From the NCBI GenBank assembly GCA_049199595.1, contig JBMCYV010000005.1, positions 995 through 64,994 of the forward strand: a DNA stretch of 64,000 bases. The letters run 5' to 3'. The notes below the pieces were generated by a model. It was not told where the DNA came from. It made no database searches and saw nothing but the letters and a program-made list of their open reading frames with translations. The translations under genes were made by a program, and so were the position numbers. Origin of the DNA: Candidatus Nitrosomirales archaeon (GTDB lineage: Archaea; Thermoproteota; Nitrososphaeria; Nitrososphaerales; UBA213). Shown here in pieces: positions 37,400 through 45,358 of the stretch. How positions within the stretch are numbered: position 1 is the first letter of the stretch; every line of letters starts with the position of its first letter.

Positions 37400-38082
37400 G
37401 CGTCAAGATAGCACCCTCTATACTTGCTGGCGACCTAGGCAATCTTCGCAACGAAGTTGAACGAGTAGAGAATGGTGGTGCTGATCTTATTCATTTGGAC
37501 GTCATGGATGGAAACTTTGCTCCAAACATAACCTTTGGCGCGGGTACGATCAAATCGCTGAGAAAGTATAGTAAATTACCCTTTGATGCACATCTAATGA
37601 TCTCCAATCCATTGCAATATGTGGATAGATTCATTGATGCTGGTTGTGACATTATTTCAATCCATGTTGAGGTATGCACGGATAAGCAGTTTGATGAGGT
37701 GTTGAAGACGTTGAATAAGAGTGGTGTAAAGGCTGGTATAGCAATTAACCCTGATACTGAAATTCCAGATTGGGTTATCAAAGACTTGAATTCTCTTTAT
37801 TTGATCAATGTAATGTCTGTACAACCAGGGTTCTCGGGGCAGAAATTCATGCCTGAGGTTCTTCCCAAGATGTCCAAGGTAGACCAAATCATTCGTGACA
37901 AAGGCTATGATACTGTAATAGAAGCAGACGGTGGCGTCGATGCTTCAAACGTTTACGAACTCGGAAGAGCAGGTGCAAGAATACTGGTAGCTGGAAATGC
38001 TGTCTGCGGTCAAGCCGATGCTGAGAAAGCTATTAGAGAATTGAAGGCAAAGGCATTACCTGCAATAAAGGAGGTGCGATAA
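37396..38082 (+). CDS. rpe: ribulose-phosphate 3-epimerase
   Basis: MSVKIAPSILAGD, IHLDVMDGNFAPN, the MSVQPGFSGQKF motif and EADGGV. The start was chosen at the ATGA overlap with the tkt-N stop. The track ORF from 37171 is an in-frame 5' artefact. Confidence 0.9.
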   Translation: MSVKIAPSILAGDLGNLRNEVERVENGGADLIHLDVMDGNFAPNITFGAGTIKSLRKYSKLPFDAHLMISNPLQYVDRFIDAGCDIISIHVEVCTDKQFDEVLKTLNKSGVKAGIAINPDTEIPDWVIKDLNSLYLINVMSVQPGFSGQKFMPEVLPKMSKVDQIIRDKGYDTVIEADGGVDASNVYELGRAGARILVAGNAVCGQADAEKAIRELKAKALPAIKEVR

Positions 38083-39033
38083 ATGTCAAAAGCTATGGGT
38101 GAAATGCGAACTGGATATGGTGAGGCGCTTGTAGAACTAGGTGCAATAAACAGGAATGTGGTAGTCGTTGGGGGCGATACTACACAGTCGTTGAAGACGA
38201 GTTTATTTGGAGACAAGTATCCGGAGAGATTTTTCAATGTAGGTATATCTGAAGCAAACGTTGTTTCCATAGCAGCGGGTCTGGCTCTTTCTGGCAAAGT
38301 GCCATTTGCCAGCACTTACGCCGCATTCATTCCAGGCAAGTGCGTTGACCAGATTAGAAATGCTATAGCTTATGGAAACTTGAATGTAAAGCTTGTAGTT
38401 TCACATGGCGGTTTAAGTGTAGGTCCAGATGGAGGATCGCACCAGCAGTTAGAAGATTTTGCAATAACTAGAGCAATACCGAACATGCAAGTAATCGTAC
38501 CTGCAGATGAAGTAGCCACTAGAAAGTTAGTGTATTTGGCTGCAGAAACCCGCGGTCCAATGTATATGCGATTGACAAGACCCAAGAGTATGCTTATTTA
38601 TGAAAAAAATGGCGTAGATCTAAAGATAGGGAAGAGTGTTACGGTAAGGGATGGTGGTGATATAACAGTAATCGCTTGTGGTATTATGGTACCTGAAGCT
38701 GTTGAAGCTTCCGACAGGTTGAAGAAAGAGAGAATTTCTTGCAGGGTAATTGATATGTTTACGCTGAAACCCATTGATAAGGATGCTATAGTAAAGGCCG
38801 CGAAGGAAACGGGTGCGATAGTTACAGCAGAGGAACATAATATCTATGGTGGGTTAGGGTCGGCAGTTGCAGAAGTTCTGGCCGAGAACTTGCCCACACT
38901 CATGAGAAGAATTGGCGTGAAGGATACCTTTGGCGAATCAGGGGAGCATGAAGAATTGTTAGCCAAGTATGGTTTGACAGCAAATGACATAGTGCGCACA
39001 GTTCAGGAACTTGCGAAGATAAAGAAAAGATGA
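38083..39033 (+). CDS. tkt: transketolase, C-terminal (pyrimidine-binding) subunit
   Basis: RTGYGEALVELG, FFNVGISEANVVSIAAGLA, GPDGGSHQ, and the C-terminal domain. Confidence 0.9.
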   Translation: MSKAMGEMRTGYGEALVELGAINRNVVVVGGDTTQSLKTSLFGDKYPERFFNVGISEANVVSIAAGLALSGKVPFASTYAAFIPGKCVDQIRNAIAYGNLNVKLVVSHGGLSVGPDGGSHQQLEDFAITRAIPNMQVIVPADEVATRKLVYLAAETRGPMYMRLTRPKSMLIYEKNGVDLKIGKSVTVRDGGDITVIACGIMVPEAVEASDRLKKERISCRVIDMFTLKPIDKDAIVKAAKETGAIVTAEEHNIYGGLGSAVAEVLAENLPTLMRRIGVKDTFGESGEHEELLAKYGLTANDIVRTVQELAKIKKR

Positions 39034-39138
39034 AAGGTTATTCGTAGGAATTTCAAAGTCTACACGAAATTCTTGAGATGTATGACGGTATTACAGACTG
39101 TCCCTTTAATACGTGTCTGGAATACTGATAAATGAACA

Positions 39139-39438
39139 ATGGTCTCATCAAACGAAAGTATCAACAACAACCTGTTAACTGCCACTACATTAGAGATGAT
39201 GGCACTATTCAGGAACAACCCTAACATTATTGATACTGCCGAAGGCTTAGCCAAGCGGCTTGGAACCACCAAAGAGAAGATAGATTTTGATATCATTAAT
39301 CTTGTTAACTTGGGAGTATTAAAAACAAAATATGTTGGCAAAACGCCAATATTATATGTGGACAAAAAAAGAGCAGAAGAAATAGATACCATATCTAAGA
39401 GAACTTTGTTTACAGGCAGGGTTCAGTTAATAGGATAA
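39139..39438 (+). CDS. small putative winged-helix protein
   Basis: 99 aa. TAEGLAKRLGTTKEKIDFDIINLVNLGVLK looks like an HTH recognition helix plus wing. It lies 8 nt upstream of the KaiC-like gene. Confidence 0.4.
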   Translation: MVSSNESINNNLLTATTLEMMALFRNNPNIIDTAEGLAKRLGTTKEKIDFDIINLVNLGVLKTKYVGKTPILYVDKKRAEEIDTISKRTLFTGRVQLIG

Positions 39439-39446
39439 GATTTCAT

Positions 39447-40202
39447 ATGGATCCTATTCGTGCTCCTACAGGCCTCACTGAGTTTGATAAAATGCTTAAC
39501 GGCGGGTTTATGGCTGGTGATGCTGTTTTGATTTCTGGTGCCGCTGGAACTGGCAAAACCAATCTGGCACTTCAGTTTCTTTACAATGGTGCTACAAAGT
39601 TTGGGGAGAATGGCGTTTACATATCGTTCGAGGAGATGCCAGACAGGATATATCGCGATGCAAGAAGTATAGGCCTAGATCTGGAGAGACTGGAAGCTGA
39701 AAATAAAATTCGTATAATTTCTACCTCAGCGGATTTGATAGAGGAAAGCGATAGCTTCTTCAAAAATATTTTCTCCGATATAAATCCCCGAAGGCTAGCT
39801 ATGGATTCCATAAGCCATTATGCTTTATTAAAAAAAGGTGACACTCGTACAGACGTATACAGACTCCTCAGATTTTTCAAAACTAATAACTTGACCTCCT
39901 TATTATTATACGAATCAGAAGCAAAAGTAGGCCAAAGTCTTGCCTCCGTAGAGCAGAGCTTCGCATTTCTTGTTGACTCGGTAATCGAGTTAAGGTATGT
40001 TGAAATCGAGTCTGCTATTAGAAGGGCAATCGCGGTAGTCAAGATGCGTGGTAGCGATCACGACAAGCATCTCAGAGAACTCGTGATCACTTCAAATGGG
40101 GTTGAGATTGGTGAGCCCTTTGAAACATGGAACGGAGTATTTACGGGAGCGCCTCGCAAGAGATTCATGGAAAACATGTCTAGGAACTTGGCTTACGTTT
40201 AG
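39447..40202 (+). CDS. KaiC-like / RecA-superfamily ATPase (single domain)
   Basis: Walker A ISGAAGTGKTNLALQF and Walker B-like RRLAMDSI. C-terminal VVKMRGSDHDKHLRELVITSNGVEI is typical of the KaiC/RadA-like COG0467 family. Confidence 0.8.
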   Translation: MDPIRAPTGLTEFDKMLNGGFMAGDAVLISGAAGTGKTNLALQFLYNGATKFGENGVYISFEEMPDRIYRDARSIGLDLERLEAENKIRIISTSADLIEESDSFFKNIFSDINPRRLAMDSISHYALLKKGDTRTDVYRLLRFFKTNNLTSLLLYESEAKVGQSLASVEQSFAFLVDSVIELRYVEIESAIRRAIAVVKMRGSDHDKHLRELVITSNGVEIGEPFETWNGVFTGAPRKRFMENMSRNLAYV

Positions 40203-40283
40203 AGTAGCTTGAAGTTTCATAACGATGATGCAAAAGTGATAAGTTTTATTAATGGCTGAAGGCTGATCGTGTGTAATAATAGT

Positions 40284-40949
40284 ATGAAGATATTCCTAGA
40301 TACCGCAAATCTTGACGCAATAAGAAAGTACAACGACATGGGGATACTGGACGGTATAACCACTAACCCTACGCTGATCTCGAAAGAGAAGGGTGATCCC
40401 GCGGAAATAATGGCAGAGATCGTTAGAATCGTTAAAGGCCCAGTTAGCCTTGAAGTGGTGAGCACGGATACTCAGGGAATGCTGGAGGAAGCTCACAGAT
40501 TGAAGAAGTTCGGTTCAAACGTTGTTGTCAAGATACCTATGATACCTGACGGCCTTAAGGCGTTGAAGGCATTAAAGCAGGAAGGCATAAGCACAAACTG
40601 CACTCTGATATTTTCTGCTAATCAGGCAGTTCTTGCGGCAAAAGCTGGAGCATCATATGTTAGTCCATTTATTGGCAGGCTTGATGATGCTGGCCAAGTA
40701 GGTATGGATGTTATAAGGGAAAGCGTGCAGATATTTCGAAACTACAACTATTCAACACAGGTGTTGGTCGCAAGTGTAAGGCATCCATTGCATGTCATAG
40801 AGGCAGGAAAGATAGGTGCAGATGTTGTAACGATGCCTCCTGATGTTTTGGAGAAGATGATCAAGCATCCCTTGACGGATAAGGGTCTTAACCTTTTTCT
40901 TGATGATTGGGAAAAGGTAAAGAAGGCAAATCCAAAACTTGCTATCTAG
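40284..40949 (+). CDS. tal: transaldolase (short, fructose-6-phosphate aldolase-type)
   Basis: MKIFLDTANLDAIRKY, ITTNPTL, VVKIP (Schiff-base Lys), FIGRLDD. The start is taken at ATG 40284 rather than the track's GTG at 40269. Confidence 0.9.
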   Translation: MKIFLDTANLDAIRKYNDMGILDGITTNPTLISKEKGDPAEIMAEIVRIVKGPVSLEVVSTDTQGMLEEAHRLKKFGSNVVVKIPMIPDGLKALKALKQEGISTNCTLIFSANQAVLAAKAGASYVSPFIGRLDDAGQVGMDVIRESVQIFRNYNYSTQVLVASVRHPLHVIEAGKIGADVVTMPPDVLEKMIKHPLTDKGLNLFLDDWEKVKKANPKLAI

Positions 40950-42316
40950 AACGATCTGGTGCTAACTGTTTGCTTCTTGTTCAGTAGGTAATCAGTAATA
41001 AGTAATCGATCAAGATTCGCTGGATTAATGTAGTAAGACCTTCCTTTGAGACGCTTCTCCATATCATTCACAAAACTTAGTAACGCATCTTCTTCGCTTA
41101 CCATCAACGTATCGATCTCCATTCCTACACTCCTGCACTTCTTGGCTTCGGCAACAGTTTTCACAGCGATGTATGGATCAACTTGTCTGTAGCGGTAACA
41201 TAGGTACACCAATTCTCCACTGGTTATATCCAGACTCATGTCCTGGTTGTCTCTAACGGTTTCAAGTGTATCCTTGTCAGGTTTGTAAAAGTGCGAATAT
41301 GGTCTTGCAGAAAGTATCTTGTCTTTTTCAGAATCGTTGTCAACAAAGCATGCACTTGGATGGCCATCAGTGACCAGCACGATCCTTTTGTTCAGAGCAC
41401 CATCTCTCTGTAGAATTTTGCTTGCCAGCCTGAACGCTGCCTGATAGTTTGTGTAGTGCAAAAAGTCATGCCCAGGCTCAAAGGTCTTCAGATACGGTAT
41501 ATCTTGAGGCAACACTTTAGAGGCAAGTGCACCGAAACCAACTACATAGATTGTATCAGTAGGGAAGAACTTCCTGTTCAAAACATACAGGCTCCATAAG
41601 GCTCGTTTTGCCGCCTCGATCCGGCTCATCTCTCCCAACATCGATGAATAACGCATCGTTGAGCTAAGATCGATGCAGTAAGCTATTGCAACCCTGACCT
41701 CTTGCATAGTTTCGTACTCTTCGAAATCATCGATCTCTATATCGAGCGGGAATTCAACACTTGAAGAATGTTTGACTATTCTTTGCACCGTATTTAACAA
41801 AGATTTTGGAACATTCAAAAGACGTATATCATCACCAATTTCGTATTTCTTGCTTGTATCAAGAACAATTGTGCCGGAACCTAGCTTGACGGTTTCATGC
41901 AGCCCAAGATCTCCACTATTCAATGCTTTCATTACATCACTAAGTATCGTTGCCCCAATGTTCATGAAACCTTGCTTGCTCAACCACTTGTCTCCTTCCT
42001 TCAGGTAGCCTTTCTGCACAAGATACTTTACGACGGCCATACCCTCACCCTTGATTCCCTCTTCCTTTCCAGAATCTGCATCTTCGGAGAGATCATCTGG
42101 ATTTACGCCTTCTTTGCTAAGCATCTCTTCAAGCGTCCTTTCCAGCTCCTGAAGATTTGGAGTCTTCTCTCTTATGGCCTCACGTCCAAGAGCCGTGAGC
42201 AGTTTATTCATAACATCTTTCGATAGCTCCTTCTGCTCCTGCTGTCCTTCTTTACTCTGATAATACAAAAACTCCTTACCGCTAGGTTGAGACATAGCCC
42301 TTTTCTTTCTTGTCAA
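40946..42316 (-). CDS. von Willebrand factor A (VWA) domain protein
   Basis: MIDAS motif CIDLSSTMRYSS, then VVGFGALA and VLVTDGHPSA. The N-terminal ~180 aa are acidic or helical. It overlaps the upstream AAA+ gene (the start may be M8 at 42295). Confidence 0.75.
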   Translation of the reverse strand: MTRKKRAMSQPSGKEFLYYQSKEGQQEQKELSKDVMNKLLTALGREAIREKTPNLQELERTLEEMLSKEGVNPDDLSEDADSGKEEGIKGEGMAVVKYLVQKGYLKEGDKWLSKQGFMNIGATILSDVMKALNSGDLGLHETVKLGSGTIVLDTSKKYEIGDDIRLLNVPKSLLNTVQRIVKHSSSVEFPLDIEIDDFEEYETMQEVRVAIAYCIDLSSTMRYSSMLGEMSRIEAAKRALWSLYVLNRKFFPTDTIYVVGFGALASKVLPQDIPYLKTFEPGHDFLHYTNYQAAFRLASKILQRDGALNKRIVLVTDGHPSACFVDNDSEKDKILSARPYSHFYKPDKDTLETVRDNQDMSLDITSGELVYLCYRYRQVDPYIAVKTVAEAKKCRSVGMEIDTLMVSEEDALLSFVNDMEKRLKGRSYYINPANLDRLLITDYLLNKKQTVSTRSF

Positions 42317-44033
42317 CTACTGGAGGTTTTGGCCATCGCAATCCCTCGAGAACTATCTCTGCAACGGAAGCTGTGAATTCGCCATTCATGTTATCTTTCA
42401 CTGTTATAATAGCACTATCTATGTTATATTTCTTGATACTTTCTGCAAACGCTTCTTGATCCTTCTTGACCATCTGCAGCACATCGTTTACTACTTGCTT
42501 TAGTGTGGGGAACTTTTCTAACTGATTTGCATAGTCCGTCGAGCCAGAATTGCCTCCCAAAACATTTTGAGACGCTTCAAATGTTTTGTTCTTGACAAAT
42601 TCTGTCTTGATCTTAGCCAACTGATCAGGGTTCAAACCTGAAATGTATTCCAGTGCAGTCTGTTTCAGGGCTTCTTCGATTAGCATGTTTAGAACCCTAA
42701 TTCTATTCTCTCTATTATCTTCGACTTCAGAAAGCTCGAACTTTGATGCCTGGTGTATTGAGTACATATCGCATGGTCTAGGTATAGCACGTACATCGTG
42801 GTACAAGGCTCTTGTTCTGAACGCCTCTCCTAACAATAATTCCAAACCATGAATGCTCATCCTAACACTTACGCCTTTATCCTTGTTGACATCTGGATGC
42901 TCTCTTGCCATGTGTGTTATTCTGGCAAGTGTCTTCAACATGAATATCGGCAGGAATGCTTTACCATCGTTAATCTTGGCTTCCTGCACCATAATGACCA
43001 TCTCTTGTTCAACAGTTCTTGGGTAGTGCGTATCAATATGACTCCTTAATCTATCGAACAAGGGTTCGATTATTTTTCCGGAATGTGTGTAGTCTATTGG
43101 ATTTGCAGTTGCAATTATCCTTGACTCTGGTTTGAATATTACTGGATAAGCACCGGTAGTAAACTTACCTTCTTGGAGAACGCTCAATAATGCAACTTGC
43201 TTTCTTGGATCCAACACTGGAAGTTCATCAATACAAAGTACTCCATGTCTGGACTGCAATAACTGTCCGGGAGAGTATGATTCTATACTGTAAATTTCAA
43301 CACCCTTCTTTGCGATCTTGATAGCATCTATCTGACCAACAAGATCCTTGACCGATATGTCTGGAGTTGCAAGTACATACCTATAACGATCTATACCGTC
43401 AACCCATTGAATCTCTGTGTCAAGTTTGTCATCTTTGATCTTCTGCTCGCACTCGTTGCATACATTGAACTCTGGTGATGTGCGAACAGAATCTTCACCA
43501 GCAAGCAAAGATATCATCTCATCTTCTGGAAGAGATGTTGGAATATCATGTATAACACATCCCTTTATTGATGGTATAGGAGAGAGCAGGTTCTTTGCTA
43601 TAGTTTCAGCAAGTTTTGTCTTGGCCTGTCCGATCTCTCCGATGTATATTATATCATGACCGGAAAGGATCGCACGATCGGTAGCGGGTACGACATCTTC
43701 GTCATAACCAATTATTCCAGGATATGGCTCTTCGTTGCGCTTTCTCTTGGCTATCAAATTACCTCTCATCTGCTCTTCCACACTTGCATCCTTGTATGAC
43801 AACTCTAGTAACTGTCCCAAAGTGTGTATCTGCCTGTAGTCTTCAGGAACACCAGGTACGATCTCGCTGTATTTTGGCTGTGATGTATAACTTCGATGCA
43901 CAGCCTCTTTTATCCCGTCAGTTTTACCACTCATCTGTATAGCCTGCGAGGGTTTATGCTCTGTTTTCACAGATTTAAATCTTGTCTGCTCTCCTTCACT
44001 ATAATGAAATAATAGGTTTTTATTTTGGTACAT
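42282..44033 (-). CDS. AAA+ ATPase, Mg-chelatase ChlI/BchI-like, with N- and C-terminal extensions
   Basis: Walker A IYIGEIGQAKTKLAE and Walker B GVLCIDELPVLD. LLSVLQEGKFT...RIIATANP...LFDRL matches ChlI order. The start is more likely M34 at 43934: an atttaaat box lies at 43973-43980, and a start at 44033 would leave only 20 nt to rps13. Confidence 0.75.
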   Translation of the reverse strand: MYQNKNLLFHYSEGEQTRFKSVKTEHKPSQAIQMSGKTDGIKEAVHRSYTSQPKYSEIVPGVPEDYRQIHTLGQLLELSYKDASVEEQMRGNLIAKRKRNEEPYPGIIGYDEDVVPATDRAILSGHDIIYIGEIGQAKTKLAETIAKNLLSPIPSIKGCVIHDIPTSLPEDEMISLLAGEDSVRTSPEFNVCNECEQKIKDDKLDTEIQWVDGIDRYRYVLATPDISVKDLVGQIDAIKIAKKGVEIYSIESYSPGQLLQSRHGVLCIDELPVLDPRKQVALLSVLQEGKFTTGAYPVIFKPESRIIATANPIDYTHSGKIIEPLFDRLRSHIDTHYPRTVEQEMVIMVQEAKINDGKAFLPIFMLKTLARITHMAREHPDVNKDKGVSVRMSIHGLELLLGEAFRTRALYHDVRAIPRPCDMYSIHQASKFELSEVEDNRENRIRVLNMLIEEALKQTALEYISGLNPDQLAKIKTEFVKNKTFEASQNVLGGNSGSTDYANQLEKFPTLKQVVNDVLQMVKKDQEAFAESIKKYNIDSAIITVKDNMNGEFTASVAEIVLEGLRWPKPPVVDKKEKGYVST

Positions 44034-44053
44034 TCATGAGGCATCTGAACTAA

Positions 44054-44722
44054 TTGTCAGCTTCAGAGTATAGGTATATCGTTAGAATAGCTGGTAAGGA
44101 TGTTGATGGTAGCAAGAAGCTAGTTGTTGCGATTAGTGAAATAAGGGGTGTGGGATTCAATTTTGCCCAAGTCCTTCTTAACACTTTGAAGATCGATCCT
44201 AATGCAAGGGTAGGATTCATATCTGAAAAAGATATCAGCGAAATAGAGATTGGGATAAGAGATCCAACTAAGGTCGGAATGCCAACATGGTTCCTGAATA
44301 GGCAGAAAGATTTTGAAACAGGATCTACAAAGCAGATTATAACTTCCGACTGGGATATTATGATTAAGAACGATATAGAGCGTGAGAAGGGCGTCATGAG
44401 CTGGCGAGGCTTCAGGCATATGATGGGTCTGAAGGTGAGAGGTCAGCGAACAAGAACCACTGGAAGAAAAGGTGGTGCCGTTGGGGTTAAGAAAACCGGC
44501 AAGCTGTTACCAACAGCTGCTCCGGGTGCTCCAGGCGCCCCAGCTGCAGGAGAAGCAGCTGCAACAGCTGCTCCAGGTGCTGCGGCACCAGCTGGCAAGG
44601 GCGCAGCTTCTGCACCAGCAGCGAAAGGAGCAGCACCAACAGGAAAAGCGCCAGCCGCTGCTCCAGCTAAGGAAGCGCCAAAGGAAGCTCCAAAGAAACC
44701 AGCTGAAAAAGGTGGAAAGTGA
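44054..44722 (+). CDS. rps13: 30S ribosomal protein uS13 with a C-terminal Ala/Pro/Lys-rich extension of about 70 aa
   Basis: TTG start. RYIVRIAGKDVDGSKKLVVAISEIRGVGFNFAQ is the uS13 core. The tail from about 44500 reads AAPGAPGAPAAGEAAATAAPGAAAPAGKGAASAPAAKG... Confidence 0.9.
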   Translation: MSASEYRYIVRIAGKDVDGSKKLVVAISEIRGVGFNFAQVLLNTLKIDPNARVGFISEKDISEIEIGIRDPTKVGMPTWFLNRQKDFETGSTKQIITSDWDIMIKNDIEREKGVMSWRGFRHMMGLKVRGQRTRTTGRKGGAVGVKKTGKLLPTAAPGAPGAPAAGEAAATAAPGAAAPAGKGAASAPAAKGAAPTGKAPAAAPAKEAPKEAPKKPAEKGGK

Positions 44723-45285
44723 TGGGAGATCCTAAACGACCAAAGAATACTTTCAAGAAACCTAGAAGACCGTGGAGCACTGATCAGTTAACACAAGAAC
44801 TGCAGACTGTAGGAACATACGGTCTAAGGAACAAGCGTGAACTTTGGAAGGCCCAGACTGAACTCTCAAGGATAAGGAAACAGGCGAGGGCCTTACTTGC
44901 ACTTCCACTTGAAGTTAGACATGGAAAGGAGACAGAGCTGCTAAAATCTCTGAATAGGTTGGGGTTGGTGTCAGAGGGTGCAACTTTAGACGATGTGCTA
45001 AACTTGAAGATTGAGGATCTTCTCGAGCGAAGGTTGCAGAGTGTAATTATGAAAAAAGGGTTTGTTAAAACACCACATCAGGCAAGGCAGGCGGTTGTTC
45101 ATGGACATGTTGTGATCAGTGATAGGATTGTCAACATACCGAGCTATATGGTTAGACGAGACGAGGAACAAGGAGTAGCCATAAGATCTGGCAGTACATT
45201 AACAAGAATGCCTCCACCACCTGCAGAAACTCCAGCACCTTCAGAACCCGCTACAGAGCCCGCAAAGGAAGTTGCAGCACAATAG
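44719..45285 (+). CDS. rps4: 30S ribosomal protein uS4 with a short Pro/Ala/Glu-rich tail
   Basis: MGDPKRPKNTFKKPRRPW...YGLRNKRELWKAQTELSRIRKQAR is the uS4 N-terminus and S4 domain. The tail is PPPPAETPAPSEPATEPAKEVAAQ. Confidence 0.9.
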   Translation: MMGDPKRPKNTFKKPRRPWSTDQLTQELQTVGTYGLRNKRELWKAQTELSRIRKQARALLALPLEVRHGKETELLKSLNRLGLVSEGATLDDVLNLKIEDLLERRLQSVIMKKGFVKTPHQARQAVVHGHVVISDRIVNIPSYMVRRDEEQGVAIRSGSTLTRMPPPPAETPAPSEPATEPAKEVAAQ

Positions 45286-45358
45286 ACAGATTTTGAGCCT
45301 ATTGTTTGTTATGACAGTTACACAATTTTTATAACTAGTTCGACGTCTTTTTCATATC

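Noticed and set aside
40224-40266. C/D-box-like words (GATGATG, GTGATAA, two CTGA) upstream of transaldolase.
   Set aside because: The box spacing is wrong: the C-like boxes are 4 nt apart and the total length is only about 42 nt. There is no terminal stem. The words sit in the promoter/5' region of tal.
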